Below, in pieces: positions 34,001 to 41,037 of a stretch of 41,153 nucleotides of DNA. A program made the translations under genes and the position numbers. The stretch covers positions 1-41,153 of the forward strand of contig CAYNQP010000001.1 in assembly GCA_964399325.1 (NCBI GenBank), written 5' to 3'. Numbering within the stretch: the first letter of the stretch is position 1; each line of letters starts with the position of its first letter. The notes under the pieces were generated by a model, which saw only the letters and a program-made list of their open reading frames with translations, did no database searches and had not been told where the DNA came from. The stretch is from an uncultured Pirellulales bacterium. GTDB taxonomy: Bacteria; Planctomycetota; Phycisphaerae; Sedimentisphaerales; Anaerobacaceae.

Positions 34001-37000
34001 AATGGCCAGAGAGTCACGGACAGTCATGAGTTGAAGACCGTGCAGGGGGCCGAGACGAAGTCGATCGGAAGAGACGGCGACCCGTCGTCGTGCCAATACC
34101 TGACTCTGTGGTTTTCCAACTTGGCTTGGCACGTGCCCGATGACTTCGACGTGAGGATTGTCGACAGGCGCACGCGCGGGGCCCTGCCGTGGAAGCAAAG
34201 CGGGTGGTACAAGGTCGTTCCAGCCAATTGGACGGGCGTTGTCTTCTCGATAGAATCCGAGGAAGCTTATCCGGCCACCTGTGACGTAGAGATCGACTGT
34301 CAGGACGGCGCATGGCAGACGGTGCAGGGTAACATCGGCTGCAATCCCCAGGGGGGCGTGTCTTTGGAAAGAAACATTCGTTTCTCACAGACCGGCGAGA
34401 ACGCGTCCAATCACACATTTGCGCTCGCAATCAGGGACGCCCAGAGGACAAACGAGCGATACCGTCTCGTCGCCGTCAAGAACGATGGGAGCCTCGTCGA
34501 GCCTGGCCGTCCGGAAACGACCGGTCCCGACGAGGCCCGCCAGGAGCGCTTCGTGTTTCGGGTACCGTTGTCCGAGATCAGCCATTTCACCCTCCAGAGG
34601 CAGCCCATCACCACGGTGCGACTTACCGACGTCCAGCTCCCGCCCTGGTCCGGCGCTGATGCGAGTCCAACACACGAGCTTTCTGATTCAGGCAAACTGT
34701 TCGGCAGGATCCTCGGTCTTGATGGCAAACCTGTGACCGGCGCGCAGGTGGCGCTCTGTGCGGCGGACAAAGGTGTGGTCATACGTGGCTCTGGACTCGC
34801 TCCCACAAATGTGCCTCGGTACCCCAGTGAGATTGTACAGACGGATATCGACGGCAGGTTCTCGTTTGCCGAGGCGCCCGAGGGATTTTGCATTATTGCG
34901 GCGCATCAAACGGGTTTCGCCAAGGTGGCAAGTACGGCGATGGCGTTATCGGCGGACGTTCAACTCAAACGGTGGGGCCGAATTGAAGGAACGCTGCGCA
35001 TCGGGCGCGAATTGGGGGCGGACGAAAAAGTCGCGCTGCTCAATACGGTCACACGCGAGAGTGACCGAGGTATCCAGTACGATCTCGGCGTCGAGACTGA
35101 CAGTACAGGCTGGTTTGTCTTTGAGAGGGTTCCGCCGGGTCAGATACGTCTTGGCCACCAGATACCGGTAGGGCACGGAAACAGCTATGCGAATGTCAGG
35201 CCCATTCAAGTCCTGTCCGGTCGAACAGTGCAGGTGACGCTGGGTGGGACCGGTCGGCCGGTAGTTGGAAGGCTTGTTCGGCCAAAGGACTCCAATGAAC
35301 CTGTCGATTTTGCCTGGGGCACATATATTCTAACACCCGCGTGGCCGGAGGAGCCGAGACCCGCCGACTACAACGAGATGACAGAGCCTCAGCAGACCCA
35401 ATGGCACAAGGAGTGGTCGGAAACACCCGAGAGCAAGACGCTCTGGGACGCCTGGCGGCGCAATCCGAACTGCCGGAGTTACGCCTTCGGCGTTCACGAA
35501 GACGGCTCCTTTCGTATCGAAGACGTCATTCCGGGTCAATACCGGCTCATGGTCTTGCTTCGGGAGCTTTCGCCGCCCCGCCCCTCTGTCAAGTCCATCG
35601 GTCCCTACTTCGCCATCGTCGAAGTGCCGCAGATGGCGGAGGTGTACACCAGCAAACCACTGGACCTCGGCGCCGTCACGCTGACGCTGGCAGAGGATTC
35701 CAGCGCGAAGGCTTCCCGGGCCTCGAGCGCCGACACCTCAGAAGCGGACGCCGCCGACCTGAAGTGGAGCGATCTCTCGGAGACGCACGGGGCGCAGGCA
35801 GTTCCGGAGGCCAGGGAGTGCATGCTGCAACTTGGCCTGGCGGTGGCGTTGTATGTGAACGACCACGACGGCCAACTGCCGACGACGCTTTCGGCGCTGG
35901 AGCCCTATCTGTCCGAGCCGGAAGTGTTCGCGTGGCTCAATGAGAACGTCGTCTACACGGGCAAGGGCAATGTGAAGGACTACCCCGCGACATATGCGGT
36001 TGTTACTGCCCATGAGAAGGCTCCTCGGCCGACTGGCGAGCGGTACGTTACCTTCCTGGATGGCCATGTTGCGCTGGTCGGGGCTGACCGTTTTCAGACG
36101 CTCGGTGCAAGCGGCGCAGCGCCGTCGGGCCCGTCGTCGGATCTGCTCAAACGACTTGTCGAGGAAGCTCGGCCCGGCGCGACCGTCACCGTCCCTAAGG
36201 GGACCTATGGCACGCCCATCGAAATCACCAAGCCTCTGCTGCTGCGCGGCGAGTCCGAGGAGGGCTGCATCATTGAGGTCACAGTCGATGGTCCCGCCAT
36301 CGCGATCGACACCAAAGGACAGGGGCACGTCACCATCGAAAATCTTACGGTCAAATGGCAACGGGCGACGAGCGACAGTGCAGAGCGGCCGTTCGCCCTG
36401 GCGGTCAAGGACAGCAACGTCTCTGTCCGCCATTGCCGTTTCGTGCCGCTGGGCAACAATCAGCGCTGCCCCATGGCGGTTCGCATCGACGGCTTCTCCG
36501 AGGCCACGCTGAGCGACTGCCGCTTTAGCGGGTTTGATTATACTGTCTGTTATGGGCCCGGCAGCGAGGGCATCGTGCAGGATTGTATTCTCACGGATCC
36601 CGGCCATCAGGGTATCACAGGCTACGAAAACAGCACCCTGCGCGTGGAGCGGACGATCGTGATCGGGTCCGGCTACCACGGCCTGCGCTGCACCGGTGGC
36701 ACGCTGCACGCCCGTGACAATATCCTCGCCGACAACCGGGTCTCCGGTGTCTACCTCGGGAACAAAGATGGGCGCGGGACCGTGATCGGCAACCTGATGC
36801 TCCGCAACGGCGAGGGTGTCGCCGGATTCTATCAAGCTGAGTTCAGCGTGGAAGACAACGTGATTGCCGATTCGATCACCGCCGGCCTCGGGGCCTGGAG
36901 CACCTGCCGGCTGAATGTCCGCCGCAACGTCTTTCAGAACAACGCCACCGCCCTGGTCGTCTATCCGAAAGGCGAACGAGACACCAACATCATTGGCCGC

Positions 37001-37399
37001 AACACGTTCTGGCAAAACGTCGCCGATGCCAAGGACTGCACGCTCAGCGCCGACTCGATCCTGGCCGATCCGCAGTTCGCGGACCCCAATCACGGTGACT
37101 TCTCGGCCGCCGGACCCGTGCGCGAGCAGAACCACGGCCTGACCGATTCGCAAACGATTCGAGACCTTTGGCCGAGATACGAACAAGCGCAGCGCCAGCG
37201 GCCGGTTGACACAGCGACACGCCGGGACGTTGCACCGCCAGGTTCTCAAGGGCCGGCACCAGAGCGGCCGCCTGGGGTACGGGCATCGTTGTCGACGAGC
37301 CTGCGGGCCAACGGTCTCGCGTGCAGATCCGCGATTGCGACATCCGCAACTGCCACTATGCGGGCGTTCGCATCCGCAAGGGCAACAACGATACGCTGA
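28001..37399 (+). CDS. Giant (3132 aa as tracked) M56-family (BlaR1/MecR1-like) membrane zinc metalloprotease with a composite roughly 2700-aa C-terminal region
   Basis: TM helices lie within the first roughly 400 aa. HELAH is at 28811-28825 (His271), followed by the hydrophobic YFYNPLFW helix; the last TM ends at about 29195. Approximate domain map: Clp_N double repeat 29795-30220; TSP3-like DADGDG/DSDGDG 30260-30365; transglutaminase-like core with Cys977 (30929), His1042 (31124) and Asp1057 (31169); duplicated modules 31538-31810 and 31982-32245; DUF1559-like modules 32704-33015 and 35811-36108; LamG-like 33060-33770; CarboxypepD_reg-like 34700-34925; parallel beta-helix 36130-37140. The last roughly 60 codons (after about 37210) are Arg/Ala/Ser/Thr-rich and look out of frame. 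Confidence 0.85.
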   Translation: MNAVVQTINSAGRAFVTSALPMLVQSSVLILILLLVDLVLRRKVRAVFRYWIWMLVLLKLVLPPSLWSPVSFGTWFGRTLEVPTVALEEPAEPPREELPVLPGWQPQAQLGDGLRPTRDNIIGGYAPTSGVAAASDSLPMETPDTGRAIVLEPDRLPAVPAMTPEPAPSLTWQGLALLVWATTAIALLLLLVQRALFVKDLVAQADPAPDSLQKALDACRGRMGLTGRLTLKISPNATSPAVCGLLSPVILIPRNLVPRLRPGDLQAVLLHELAHIKRSDLWINLLQTLLQIVYFYNPLFWIANVVIRRVREQAVDEAVLVALGDTARQYPETLLNIARLAFRRRPALSLRLVGVVESKSALRGRIKHILSRPVPKTAKLSLLGMAVVFLAAAILLPMAKARKNEGRPQFTEAQISAALESLRIDPNDRETLNVSYWWEGLDLDSNSKVPRRNGWPSGVDISFEAELRNGRRIEDFVAVSLGPGRIDAVYGRRILTLKSDDIGAAAAELLERFDELENSKAGMNGFYTNDLPTFFAVLSDGVVSAAAHLDRRGDSVAAEQKLSLIRMTKALARDVKIEYWQGVRPQDTTGADASAPLPLTERAEKVMPVAEQEARRLNHAYVGTEHILLALARQDAAVSAKALKNLGADIDTLRAEVNKFVQPGSEPVTQRTLPQTQRAKRVMKCARGEARTLGHDYIGTEHILLGLVREKESIAAQVLGSVGLTWHQIRAETLKFVKPGDTPPADPATSTSLADADGDGLSDFQEIHKYLTDPAKADSDGDGIGDGDWAERREYSYSVRTILRYLPPLDEDGLNDDFQDARVLNRTDGCIEVEVIHYPLATVYDSIGENPNWRQDYARMSEYLSPSVTSNWDRQMQRDLRAALKADSIDVERLTDKQVVQQVAQWLLHRSRSLDKVFTTYYAYYPEGKPQVYPGLEGAFRSEFERDSDNYDWTLDEHFDHELLGKGMFYNQTHGSCTSTAVYLNTVLRALGIPTRIILVTPAVDASDREQILMVKDAITHNRVRETMLAGLRRSSHGFTNHTFNEVYVGNRWVRLDYSTLGPPILGLRRSGLQTRLYTLNDLSDANFAPTWGKRYAEGQRNDMFKHSNPYSAVSISDSFGPHSRLPNPPFDPQDLASSSSPLSDIFIFSPSAINVWDEAMAIVKDRTFNKTGRPHRKEFYENIFEGVWAKKPGDVLVALFSLDTPERIPEGYGDLLPEPWPGIESRLRRGESVELGAEAREMNVILLAAPTAAELPALVEVSTLLKTLGTSTEATLEPAEAADRRSVPRPDAKVAGIGPAWEALRDRVGDRYRGTIGGFGRDETRCAEYFEKVLSWARAGDTFVLMFAFDEPTTVPPQYEDLLPVPMSEVSSRIGVGQWVEASRPARDLNVVLLAAPTLARLNEIVKTTPLLNANANFAAPAEAPETGTAGRQRIRLADLETPDANAVLDLATEQLLSARPMQYDEAYFRKLGKGDLVYESVGGKSGLLCLRGARLQRRTEAGTEPLTPDVTHESFVGYFIENVPAQYQVTTAEGDSYELNVISIDRGDGGGALVEFSRGATEQTEPVADVLANLRLLALGVVLFAHEHEGSLPSTLTAIEPYVPDREQLAWMRANVTYVGKGNVNRGAKPSAIPIAYMKAPEPMDGAYVAFMDGHAALVPAERFEELGLEPEDTARVNGPGPLGRYALSFDGVDDCLIVPASPSLRFKAPFFIEVWAKPDSSPSSAWLADDLSGRYLTSLIRQGAELRHPPVAEILDANDAEGIEVEKWPVVWSRTKIAFDGLQSGGFIGFTRERSGSLFVIREDGRPRQTNLFSTNQLLADRPGWRHFYTWLEDWEEYVPSDGPLVIGGNILPNGPAFKGQIAEVRIWNKMLPIYYTSSCGSTTVTGSEPNLVACWTFEEGNGQIVRDISPNGNHAWLGSSVEADATDPKWIDLAQTNEMSANGIPACVTEPPEQEAEAGAAAFASIQPRIDDADPQLRYLAWQVDDDAQPRRYWYPNGQRVTDSHELKTVQGAETKSIGRDGDPSSCQYLTLWFSNLAWHVPDDFDVRIVDRRTRGALPWKQSGWYKVVPANWTGVVFSIESEEAYPATCDVEIDCQDGAWQTVQGNIGCNPQGGVSLERNIRFSQTGENASNHTFALAIRDAQRTNERYRLVAVKNDGSLVEPGRPETTGPDEARQERFVFRVPLSEISHFTLQRQPITTVRLTDVQLPPWSGADASPTHELSDSGKLFGRILGLDGKPVTGAQVALCAADKGVVIRGSGLAPTNVPRYPSEIVQTDIDGRFSFAEAPEGFCIIAAHQTGFAKVASTAMALSADVQLKRWGRIEGTLRIGRELGADEKVALLNTVTRESDRGIQYDLGVETDSTGWFVFERVPPGQIRLGHQIPVGHGNSYANVRPIQVLSGRTVQVTLGGTGRPVVGRLVRPKDSNEPVDFAWGTYILTPAWPEEPRPADYNEMTEPQQTQWHKEWSETPESKTLWDAWRRNPNCRSYAFGVHEDGSFRIEDVIPGQYRLMVLLRELSPPRPSVKSIGPYFAIVEVPQMAEVYTSKPLDLGAVTLTLAEDSSAKASRASSADTSEADAADLKWSDLSETHGAQAVPEARECMLQLGLAVALYVNDHDGQLPTTLSALEPYLSEPEVFAWLNENVVYTGKGNVKDYPATYAVVTAHEKAPRPTGERYVTFLDGHVALVGADRFQTLGASGAAPSGPSSDLLKRLVEEARPGATVTVPKGTYGTPIEITKPLLLRGESEEGCIIEVTVDGPAIAIDTKGQGHVTIENLTVKWQRATSDSAERPFALAVKDSNVSVRHCRFVPLGNNQRCPMAVRIDGFSEATLSDCRFSGFDYTVCYGPGSEGIVQDCILTDPGHQGITGYENSTLRVERTIVIGSGYHGLRCTGGTLHARDNILADNRVSGVYLGNKDGRGTVIGNLMLRNGEGVAGFYQAEFSVEDNVIADSITAGLGAWSTCRLNVRRNVFQNNATALVVYPKGERDTNIIGRNTFWQNVADAKDCTLSADSILADPQFADPNHGDFSAAGPVREQNHGLTDSQTIRDLWPRYEQAQRQRPVDTATRRDVAPPGSQGPAPERPPGVRASLSTSLRANGLACRSAIATSATATMRAFASARATTIR

Positions 37400-38061
37400 T
37401 CGAACGATGTCGCGTCTCGGGGGCGGCTTGGCACGGCATCCGCTACGACGATGCCTCCCCCGACATTCTCAACAACATTATCTTCGGCAACGCCCGCATG
37501 GGGGTTCACGCCTCCGGTCAGACGAGGGCGACCGTCGCCAACAACCTCTTCTACGCCAATGACATGTGCGGCCTGGCCTGCTGGTTCCGGAACCAGGACC
37601 TCGTTCTGAACAACACCTTTGCCGAGAATGAGCGCTCAGCGCTCGAAATCCTCGGCGCCTCCAAGCCGGCCGTGCACAAGAACATCTTCTACGCCAACCC
37701 GACCGGCATTTCCGGAGGCTACATCAACGATGACTCTCCTTTCGCCCAGTCCGGTGCTCCCGTCCTGCCGCGAGGCTGCTTGTTCTGGGCCAACGAGTGC
37801 AACATGCAGTGGCGAATCGATCCGAACACGACCGAGACAATTACGCTGGAGGACGACATCGGTACGAGGCATGTCGATCCGGAGTTTGTCTCGGCGGCGC
37901 CGAAAGATTTCTCGTTGCCTGCCGACTCACCCGTCCGGCGGAATGAGATTGGTGCGCTGGACCCGATCCCGTTTGCGAGTCCGTGGCCGCTTCAACCCGA
38001 AGAGATTACCATCATTCCCGACGGCGACACCCGCGACTACCGGCGGTGGAAGACTCCGTAG
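37321..38061 (+). CDS. Parallel beta-helix (PbH1) repeat protein; probably the displaced C-terminus of the giant gene rather than an independent gene
   Basis: VQIRDCDIRNCHYAGVRIRKGNNDTLIERCRVSGAAWHGIRYDDASPDILNNIIFGNARMGVHASGQ..ATVANNLFYAN...VLNNTFAEN...VHKNIFYAN. The track start is a GTG with no RBS. This frame is open and has high GC3 from 37210, immediately after a TGA at 37207-37209. Confidence 0.55.
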   Translation: MQIRDCDIRNCHYAGVRIRKGNNDTLIERCRVSGAAWHGIRYDDASPDILNNIIFGNARMGVHASGQTRATVANNLFYANDMCGLACWFRNQDLVLNNTFAENERSALEILGASKPAVHKNIFYANPTGISGGYINDDSPFAQSGAPVLPRGCLFWANECNMQWRIDPNTTETITLEDDIGTRHVDPEFVSAAPKDFSLPADSPVRRNEIGALDPIPFASPWPLQPEEITIIPDGDTRDYRRWKTP

Positions 38062-38109
38062 GTCGGCTACGAGACGGCGGTGACTGTCCTGGAAACTCTG
38101 TCACGACGG

Positions 38110-38157
38110 ACGTGGGCGGGACGCCCACGGTACGCGCGGGCAAGATGCGCGCGACAC
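38110..38157 (+). repeat. REP-like element type 2, copy 2
   Basis: ACGTGGGCGGGACGCCCACGGTACGCGCGGGCAAGATGCGCGCGACAC. It sits in the convergent gap between the beta-helix ORF and glgP, abutting the glgP stop codon (38157-38159). Confidence 0.75.
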
Positions 38158-40697
38158 TACTGCGCCCACTTGATCAGTTCAGGATGCGAATCCTGGAGCA
38201 CGGGATCGGCCGGCCGGACGCGGACGTTCATGCTGAGCAGGCCATGCTCGGCGATGTCGAAAGAGCACGTGTAGGAACGCGAAGAGCCTTCCGTATCGCC
38301 GACGGTCATGGGGATCAGGTGAAAATCGTCCTTGTCGCTGCGTCCCAGATATAACTCCACGCCGAACAAGTCCGGCGCGGCGCCATCAAAATCCACCGTG
38401 CAGCGCACGTCCACGCGCTCGCCTTGGCTGACGCGATCTTTCTTGTCTACGCTGGTCGACAAGTCGCGGATATTGATCTTGTCCCAGTGATCCAGAACAG
38501 ACTGCTCGCCTTGCAGGGCCTTTCTGAGCAACTCATAGCCGTTGGCGGAGAGTTCGGCGATCTGGCGTTTGGCCGGCACATAGAACTTCTGTGCGTATTG
38601 TGCCAGAACGCGATTCATGTTGAAGTCCCGACAGGCGGTGGCGATGGAACGTTTCATCATCTCCACCCATTTGGTCGGAATTCCCAGCTCATTGCGGTCG
38701 TAGTACCGCTCGGTGATGACGGCTTCCAGCAGATCGTAGATCTGGTTGGCCTCGGCGACCTCCTTCAACTCCGAGTGTTCGTAGAATTCTCCCGCGGTGA
38801 TGGCCCAGCCGTTCTTGCCGTCGTAGGCTTCGGGCCACCAGCCATCCAGAACGCTGCAATTCAGGACGCCGTTGATGGCGGCCTTCATGCCCGAGGTGCC
38901 GCTGGCTTCGTACAGTCTGATCGGTGTATTCAGCCAGACGTCGGCTCCCCAGGCCAGGTGCCTGGCGATGTTCATATCGTAGTCTTCGAGGAAGATCACG
39001 CGGTCCTCGACATGGTGGTCTTTGGCGAAGGTGATGATTTCGCGGATCAGTTCCTTTCCGGATCGGTCGGCGGGGTGCGCCTTTCCCGCGAAGAGGAGTT
39101 GAACGGGCTTGGCGGTGTTGGTCAGGATCTTGACCAGCCGCTCCTTGTCTTTGAGAATGAGCGTGGCGCGCTTGTAGCGCGCAAAGCGCCGCGCATAGAC
39201 TACGGTCAAGTACTCCGGGTTCAGTAGTCGCGTGAGGTTCTCGATCCGAGTCTGAATATACCCTTTGGCGGTCAGATCGTCCGCCAGTTTCTTACGCACG
39301 AACGTCACCAGATTCTGTTTGTTCTTGCGATGGGCCTCCCAGATCTCCTCGTCGGGGACCCCGGAGATCTTGTCCGACAGCCCGCGATTGCCGGCGCAGT
39401 GGACGTAGGCCGGCCCGACGTGCCGGTTGAGCAGTTCCGTAAAGGGTTGGCTCAGCCATGAACGATGCACTCCGTTGGTCACGTAGTCGATCGGAATCTC
39501 CTGGGGCTGCCGGTTCGGATAGAGGCTGGCCCACATGTTGCGGGAGACATCCCCATGGAGCTTCGAGACGGCGTTGATGTGCGTGGCGAACCGTATGGCA
39601 AACGCCGGCAGCGAGAAGACGGCCTTGTCCTGGCCCACGAAGCCATAGGAGGCAATCTCGTCGAAAGTCACACCGAGCGAGTCGGTTTTGGATTCGAGAT
39701 ACTTCTCCACCAGTTCCGCATCGAAGTTCTCGTTGCCTGCTTTCACGGGGGTGTGCGTGGTGAAGACGGTGGACGCTCTGATCATGGCCTTGGCTTCCGC
39801 AAAGCTCAGTTTGCCTTCATCCATTAGTTGATGCAGCCGGGCGACGATGAGAAAGGCGGAGTGGCCTTCGTTGATGTGGTAGATCGTCGGACGGATGTCA
39901 AGCCGTTCGAGGGCCCTAACGCCACCTATGCCCAGAACCAGCTCCTGCCGCAAGCGTTTCTCCCTGTCGGCCACGTAGAGCTCGTGGGTAATGCCGCGCA
40001 GATCGGGCGGGTTGTCCTCGATGTCGGTGTCGAGCAGGATCAGTCGCGTGCGCCCGACGGCAATCTCCCAGAGCTTGACGCGCAGCGGCGCCCCGAGGAT
40101 CGTCATGTCGATGTAGGCCTTCTCTCCGTGGGCATCGCGCAGCTCGCGCACCTGGATGAGGTGATTGTCGAACTCCGCGAAGAGCTCTTCCTGATAGCCG
40201 TCCAGGTTGATGCGCTGCGTAAAGTATCCGAATTTGTAGATCAGCCCGACGCCGATCACCGGAAGCGCCATGTCGGACGCCGCCTTGAGGTAGTCTCCTG
40301 CCAGGATGCCGAGACCGCCTCCGTAGATGGGGATGCACTCGTGCAGGCCGAACTCCATGGAGAAGTAGGCGACCGTGTCATCGGCGCTCAGGCCTTTGAC
40401 CTGGGCCGCGTCGGCACTGGGATCGTAGGACATGTACTCCTGGTAGTTCTCCCAGACCTGGTTCAACTCGAAGAGAAAGCCATCGTCATGGGCAAGCTCA
40501 TCGATGCGCTGCTGCGACAGGCTCAGGAGCAGTTTGACAGGATTGTGTTTGGCGGCCTGAAACAGATGGGCGTCCACATGGTAGAACAGGCGGATCGCGT
40601 CATAGTTCCAGGTCGTCCACAGGTTGTAGGCCAGGACGTACAACTTCTCGAGATTGTCGGGGTACCGCGGGTAGACAAAGATATTTCTGAAAGCCAT
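38157..40697 (-). CDS. glgP: Alpha-glucan phosphorylase (GT35, 'alpha-glucan family phosphorylase' type)
   Basis: 846 aa. MAFRNIFVYPRYPDNLEKLYVLAYNLWTTWNYDAIRLF...GGLGILAGDYLKAASD...INEGHSAF...EASGTSGMKAAINGVLN (PLP-Lys region). GGGAGGGAG RBS. Confidence 0.95.
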   Translation of the reverse strand: MAFRNIFVYPRYPDNLEKLYVLAYNLWTTWNYDAIRLFYHVDAHLFQAAKHNPVKLLLSLSQQRIDELAHDDGFLFELNQVWENYQEYMSYDPSADAAQVKGLSADDTVAYFSMEFGLHECIPIYGGGLGILAGDYLKAASDMALPVIGVGLIYKFGYFTQRINLDGYQEELFAEFDNHLIQVRELRDAHGEKAYIDMTILGAPLRVKLWEIAVGRTRLILLDTDIEDNPPDLRGITHELYVADREKRLRQELVLGIGGVRALERLDIRPTIYHINEGHSAFLIVARLHQLMDEGKLSFAEAKAMIRASTVFTTHTPVKAGNENFDAELVEKYLESKTDSLGVTFDEIASYGFVGQDKAVFSLPAFAIRFATHINAVSKLHGDVSRNMWASLYPNRQPQEIPIDYVTNGVHRSWLSQPFTELLNRHVGPAYVHCAGNRGLSDKISGVPDEEIWEAHRKNKQNLVTFVRKKLADDLTAKGYIQTRIENLTRLLNPEYLTVVYARRFARYKRATLILKDKERLVKILTNTAKPVQLLFAGKAHPADRSGKELIREIITFAKDHHVEDRVIFLEDYDMNIARHLAWGADVWLNTPIRLYEASGTSGMKAAINGVLNCSVLDGWWPEAYDGKNGWAITAGEFYEHSELKEVAEANQIYDLLEAVITERYYDRNELGIPTKWVEMMKRSIATACRDFNMNRVLAQYAQKFYVPAKRQIAELSANGYELLRKALQGEQSVLDHWDKINIRDLSTSVDKKDRVSQGERVDVRCTVDFDGAAPDLFGVELYLGRSDKDDFHLIPMTVGDTEGSSRSYTCSFDIAEHGLLSMNVRVRPADPVLQDSHPELIKWAQ

Positions 40698-40723
40698 GGG
40701 CTCCCTCCCTGGTCTGTGCCCTT

Positions 40724-40755
40724 AATAGGTCCCATTCGACCTATAGGACGTATAT
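40724..40755 (-). repeat. ATAGGWC-type leader motif, copy 2
   Basis: AATAGGTCCCATTCGACCTATAGGACGTATAT lies 26 nt upstream of the glgP start codon. It shares ATAGGTC-N7-GNCCTATAGGAC-N-TAT with 20959-20990. Confidence 0.6.
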
Positions 40756-40764
40756 CAATTGATT

Positions 40765-41037
40765 TCAACCGAAGTTGTAGTGTTTCCTGACCGGTTCTTC
40801 CACGTTCCACACGCAGTCCAGGTCCTGGGGGAAAGCGACCAGATCACCTGGGCCGAACGTCACGGACGCGGCGCCGTCCGTGACCGTCACTTTGCCCTCA
40901 AGAATCAGACACGTCTCCTTTTCGGTATACGACCACTCGAAAGAGCTGGGTTCACATGTCCATGTCGGCCACGTCTTGCACCGGTTGATCTCGGCTTCCG
41001 TGGGCTTGCGCACCACAATATCTTTGGCTGTTGGCAT
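40765..41037 (-). CDS. Small cupin (Cupin_3/DUF861-like) protein
   Basis: 90 aa. ...WPTWTCEPSSFEWSYTEKETCLILEGKVTV....G....FGPGDLV.FP....C.W.V.EPVRKHY is the typical DUF861 cupin. GAGGAG RBS 9 nt upstream. Confidence 0.8.
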   Translation of the reverse strand: MPTAKDIVVRKPTEAEINRCKTWPTWTCEPSSFEWSYTEKETCLILEGKVTVTDGAASVTFGPGDLVAFPQDLDCVWNVEEPVRKHYNFG

